Of a DNA stretch of 40,213 nt, positions 35,512 through 40,213 are shown piece after piece; within the stretch, counting starts at the first letter, position 1, and each line of letters starts with the position of its first letter. The translations under genes and the position numbers were made by a program. This DNA comes from Octopus bimaculoides (Eukaryota), in contig NC_068990.1 of assembly GCF_001194135.2 (NCBI RefSeq), positions 32,727,877 through 32,768,089 of the forward strand, written 5' to 3'. The notes below the pieces were generated by a model, which saw nothing but the letters and a program-made list of their open reading frames with translations, was not told the DNA's origin and searched no databases.

Positions 35512-35619
35512 TAACCTTTAGCATACTTTAGGTGCATCATGCCATCATATGAGTTTTCTCCCCTGTAATAACAGGGCAGGGGCAACAATCCTAGAGAAAA
35601 TGCAATGTGCTAAAGGTTA
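35512..35619. mobile_element. Short piggyBac-like MITE (108 bp)
   Basis: Perfect 12-bp inverted ends taacctttagca / tgctaaaggtta. Confidence 0.5.
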
Positions 35620-36004
35620 TTACTCCAGAAATCCTTTCCATGCTTTTATACTCCATTAAACAAGTATGGCAGAAGTGGAATAAGAAAACAAAACTGAACA
35701 CTGACCGAGAGACTTAGAATTAAAGCTGTGAGCAAAAGGTTATGACTGTGGCTAAGGAATGAATCCTTCATAGCAGAAACTACGAAAAAAAAAAAGAACT
35801 ACCCCACCAAAACATCAAGTGAATGATAATACACAACACAACTGTAAAATATGTGGTTTTGTAAGGAAATAATATAATTGTATTTTGCTGCCTAGTTTTA
35901 GTGAGAAAGGCATGCATGCATACATAGTGACCATCACCAGAAATGGAACAAGTGTAATGAAAGTAGTATCATCTTGTCATACCTAATGGTAATAGTAATT
36001 ATAA

Positions 36005-36207
36005 TGGTTTTCAATTTGGGCACAAAGCCAGAAATTTTGAGGGTCAGTACCACACACCCCAGTACCGGGCAGATGCTTTATTTTACTGAACTCCGAGGGG
36101 TGACAGGCAAAGTTAGTCTTGGTAGAATTTGAACTTTGAATATACAGAACTGGAAAAAATACTGCAAAGCATTTTTTTTTCAATACTCTAACAATTCTGC
36201 CAGCTCC
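36005..36207 (-). mobile_element. SINE family A (older)
   Basis: aggcaaagttagtcttggtagaatttgaact..caattctgccagctc. Confidence 0.7.
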
Positions 36208-36339
36208 AATCACAACAACAACAAAAAGAACAACAATAAACATACATACATACATGTATATATATATATATGTGTGTGTGTGTATAGGTATGACATATTT
36301 GAAGTTTTCATGCATTAGAAGCTATATCAACATTAGGAA

Positions 36340-36640
36340 ATAACCACAGAAATGAAATGGTATAAAAACACACACAACCAATGGTTTCTGAGAATGACAA
36401 AGTAGCTATACTTGGGTATATGCCTGTTTACTCAGACAGGCAAATTGTCCAGATATTATTGACAAAGACCACCAGGATAAGAAAAGGCATCTAGTATTCA
36501 ATACATTTATTCAAATGGATGACAACAATATGTCTTTACAAGAAATTGAGAAACTATCCAAATATAAAGATATGGAACTAGAGTTATCAATAACAATGAG
36601 TGCTTTGAGAAAGGTAAAAAGAGATGCAGCCAAATATATA
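36340..36640 (+). mobile_element. R4/Dong-like LINE restriction-like endonuclease remnant
   Basis: KWYK..VSENDKVAILGYMPVYSDRQI..PDII.KDH..DDNNMSLQEIEKLSKYKDMELE matches ENxKxxILWDxxIxTDRxIxANRPDI..KExEKLSKYKDL. Confidence 0.8.
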
Positions 36641-37221
36641 TATATATATATTTATACTACCAAGACCCAAACACACATACTTACACACACGCATGCGCAC
36701 ACATTCACAGAGACGCACTCACAGGCACAGACACACACAGAAACTCTCCTGGGTACTGCATATACACATATTACATTGAGTACTTTCAATACATTACAAA
36801 ATACGATGCTAGATAACTCAAGTATACAGAACTACCTTCAATTTGCAGTGAAATTCTTCTAACACTATAACAATACAACTGCTGAAATATTAATGATATT
36901 GGTTTCTTGCATTAGGAACAGCTCACTAATTTATAAGGGTGGAACATAATTCAATATAGATGTAGTATATACTGGCCCTTTTTCTTTCTATTGATTCATG
37001 TTTGAATATTCTATGTAAATTATTAAATTATTACGATTAGAACATAAGATCTCATACGCGCTTGTACGAGTTAAACAGAAATAAGCCACAAAATACAGGT
37101 ACAATATGGACTTTCTATTATACAGGTACTGCATGCAGTCACCAAGCTAGTTTATTAGTACTCTGGAAAATTGATGACATACCTGTTGTCACAAAGAACT
37201 GGATACTACAGATACCAAAAC

Positions 37222-37611
37222 TGTTGTTGTTGTTGGCACTCCGTCGCTTACGACGTCGAGGGTTCCAGTTGATCCGATCAACGGAACAGCCTGCTGCTTG
37301 TGAAATTAATGTGCAAGTGGCTGAGCACTCCACAGACACATGTACCTTTAACGTAGTTCTCGGGGATATTCAGCATGACACAGTGTAACAAGGCTGACCC
37401 TTTGAATTACAGGCACAACAGAAACAGGAAGTAAGAGTGAGAGAAAGTTGTGGTGAAAACGTACAGCAGGGTTTGCCACCATTCCCTGCATGAGCCTTGT
37501 GGAGCTTTAAGTGTTTTTGCTCAATAAACACTCAATGCCCGGTCTGGGAATCGAAACCGCGATCCTATGACTGCGAGTCTGCTGCCCTAACCACTGGGCC
37601 ATTATGCCTCC
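37222..37611 (-). mobile_element. Full-length SINE family D variant with (AAC)n tail
   Basis: Minus strand TGGCCCAGTGG A-box, GGTTTCGATTCC B-box, tail shared with 15840-16020. Confidence 0.85.
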
Positions 37612-38037
37612 ATAACAAAACTGTAAACAATGTAAAATGACTTCAAGAAATACAAATGCTTGCAAGAATGTATGTGCGTGAGTAACATGATACAGAGTCA
37701 CATTTCTGGGCCATGACAATCGTTAAGATGTTTGATATTGCCAACAACCTGGTCCAAGTGGTGTCACCAAATATGTCATTTGTATGTAAATGGCCAAATA
37801 TTTGGAATCTGTAACATTTGAGAAAGGAATATTCAAAATTGACTCTTCTTATATTCAATTTTTCACCATTGCCCTAATGTAAAAAATAATGAACTTAAAT
37901 AATACTGAAGTATACTATAAATATATAAAGATATGCACAAGCATTGCATAAATACATATTCATATAATCATAGCAAAAAACATACATACAAGACATCTGT
38001 GTGTGTATGTGTGCGTGTGTAAATATATATATATATA

Positions 38038-38241
38038 NNNNNNNNNNCCACCTTTAGTCGAGCACTATCACTTGACAACCGATGTTGGTGTGTTTACATC
38101 CCTGTAACCTGGCGGTTCAGCAAAAGACACCGATAGAATAAGTGCTAGGCTTATAAAGAATAAGTCCTGGGGTTGATTTGTCCGACTAAAGGCGGTGCTC
38201 CAGCATGGCCACAGGCAAATGACTGAAACAAATAAAAGAAT
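38038..38241 (+). mobile_element. 10-N gap (38038-38047) followed by a SINE family B tail
   Basis: cttgacaaccgatgttggtgtgtttac..aaggcggtgctccagcatggcc..tgactgaaacaaataaaagaata. Confidence 0.85.
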
Positions 38242-38360
38242 ACATGGAAATATATATTCTTAATCACCCTGATTTTACAAGTTGTTGCAAAGTTTTACAA
38301 TAAATCTGTTACGTTAATGCAATAACAGAAATACATGCAAAACAACAGCAATAGCACAAA

Positions 38361-38361
<1 letters not shown>

Positions 38362-38395
<34 letters not shown>

Positions 38396-38414
38396 CGACG
38401 ACGACGACGACGAC

Positions 38415-38425
<11 letters not shown>
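38362..38425. repeat. (GAT)n(GAC)n(GAT)n trinucleotide repeat
   Basis: Direct inspection; similar (GAT)n tracts at 34765-34840 and 38890-38905. Confidence 0.95.
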
Positions 38426-38445
<20 letters not shown>

Positions 38446-38454
38446 GGCAATGAT

Positions 38455-38620
38455 AGTTGTTTCTCATTTAGGCACATGGCTAGAAATTTGGAGATAGGGA
38501 TGTAGTTAATGGTACTTTATTTCATCAACCCGAAGATGATGAAAGACAAAGATTTGAACTCAGAACTTCTAGGATTTGAACACAGGTCACAATAAATTTT
38601 GTTTAGTGTTCTACCAGTGC
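38455..38620 (-). mobile_element. Highly degenerate SINE family A
   Basis: gatgaaagacaaagatttgaactcagaac. Confidence 0.5.
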
Positions 38621-39959
38621 TATGGATGATGATAGCAGCAGTGGTGATACATGTTTGTGTATTTATAGGGAAAGGAAGAGAGGGTTTGGTTCAACTGACC
38701 GCCAGAATATTGCTGGTACTTATTTTATTAATCTCGTTACAGGGGAAAGTAATTTGAAGTTGGAATGTTGAAAAGTTGGTACAAGGCATTGTATCACATC
38801 TACTGTTAATAATACTCCACTTTCATAACAATTAGAACATTAGTTTTGATAATAATAATAATAATAAATAGTAATAATAGTAACAACAATGATGATGATG
38901 ATGATGTCAATAAAATCTGAATAACAACAATAGATACACATAAAAATCTCGTTTTATGAAAGAATTGTTATGATTTCTCATTGTAAGGGCATATAATTGT
39001 TGTAGACTATGAAGATAATATTGGTGATATGAAAAAGTAAATAGAAACAAAAAACAAAAAGAAGTAACCCTAAAAAATAGAAATGGTAAAGAAAGACAAT
39101 GTTTGTGTGTTATATAGCTTTTATTTATGGCTTACCAATAAAAAGTTAATGCATTTGTGGAGTGTTTTAGTGAAATGGCCATTCTCAGATAAACAATGGC
39201 AGCTAATGTAGTTGAGGCATTATAAGTACATATTGTAGACACATATACATGTGCACTCAACACATACATGTATAGCAATGTCTGTGTATATACATGTGTG
39301 TAGAAGTGTGTAGGAGTATATACATATTCTTAAATATACATACATTGCACAAAACATATTAATGTGTAAGCGTGTGTCTGCCCATATAGAATATTTAAAA
39401 TATATATGTATATACACCTACACATACACATGTAGTTAGATAGATTGAAAGATATAGATATACAATTTCAGCTTATGTAGCATTATCAGTGTATACACAT
39501 ATTTTGATTTATATAAATACACATGTCCATGCATGCACATATATACACATGTATATAAACTGCATTTATATATGATTGTGAGTGTGTAGATGTATAAACA
39601 AGATATATAACAACAACAAAAAAAGAACCCCAAAATCTATATAAGTACATGAATTAAGTATAATAAACATAACAGTTGTAAGTATGTTTACTTAAATTAA
39701 TATTAACTAATGTGTATATAAGTGTTTATTCAAAAGACAGGATGTTACTATCTTAAACAGGATTTGAATATCACTTTCTTTAACTTAATATTGTAATTAT
39801 TTTTCTCAAACATATTTGTATGTATGTATGCATTTGAGTGTATGTCTGTACACACACACACACACAAATGCACATGCATACATACATACATCATTTTCTG
39901 TCTCTTCTCTCATGGCTCGTCTACCAAGCGTTCATAATAATTTTTCTATCGTCTTGGCT

Positions 39960-40213
39960 CAACAGTCCTCACCGTTTGTTTTTACTGTCTTGTTTCTCAC
40001 TGTCCTGTTCTTACTGTTTTTTACTGTCTTGTTCTCACTGTCCTGTTCTTGTTAACACTTTCACTCTCCGCAAAAAATCCGAAATTTTATTTAATTTGCT
40101 TTGCAGGAAGGACTGTTTCAACGAAGTTGCATATTGTCCTTGCCTTCGAAACGCGGAGTAGTTGAAACAAGGACAACTGACGAAGGGGTATACTCTTTAT
40201 GTTACATGTCTCG
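39960..40213. repeat. Relatively CpG-rich structured segment, probably a dispersed repeat (truncated by the window end)
   Basis: About 38-bp tandem duplication at 39977-40049, then a structured segment with CTGACGA and CGAAAC motifs; no second copy in the window. Confidence 0.4.

Noticed and set aside
907-40161. The many 60-180 aa ORFs in the supplied track rich in Y/I/H/T/C/V/M
   Set aside because: They are translations of dinucleotide and tetranucleotide microsatellites, N-gaps or SINEs, not genes.
1-40213. CRISPR arrays, rRNA, true tRNA genes, prokaryotic operons
   Set aside because: None seen; the tRNA-like A/B boxes all belong to SINE heads that do not form cloverleaf genes.

Overview
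AT-rich eukaryotic scaffold with seven N-gaps, dominated by microsatellites and decayed transposable elements. There is no long intact ORF. Most ORF-track hits are translations of (TA)n/(CA)n/(TACA)n repeats; a few overlap decayed TE ORFs. The repeat landscape looks like an octopus (coleoid cephalopod) genome; this is inferred from SINE/LINE types and microsatellite load, not verified. Readable TE remnants: several RTE-type LINE fragments (APE endonuclease, RT, 3' tails), two restriction-like-endonuclease (R4/Dong/NeSL-type) LINE fragments, Penelope-like element (PLE) RT and GIY-YIG fragments, an internally deleted 993-bp Tc1/mariner element with 30-bp TIRs, piggyBac-like and hAT-like MITE ends, and about 25 tRNA-SINE copies. 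No host gene can be identified with confidence. Only splice-signal-defined candidates are visible: a possible chain of phase-1 microexons plus a terminal exon on +, and a candidate terminal coding exon on -. The most interesting signals are degenerate hammerhead-ribozyme-like architectures in dispersed repeats, two long near-perfect hairpins (one with A:C mismatches, a favoured ADAR context), an old foldback element, and modular SINE shuffling. I found no convincing evidence of a wholly new system. Family labels A/B/D/E are my own working names, and most repeat boundaries are approximate.
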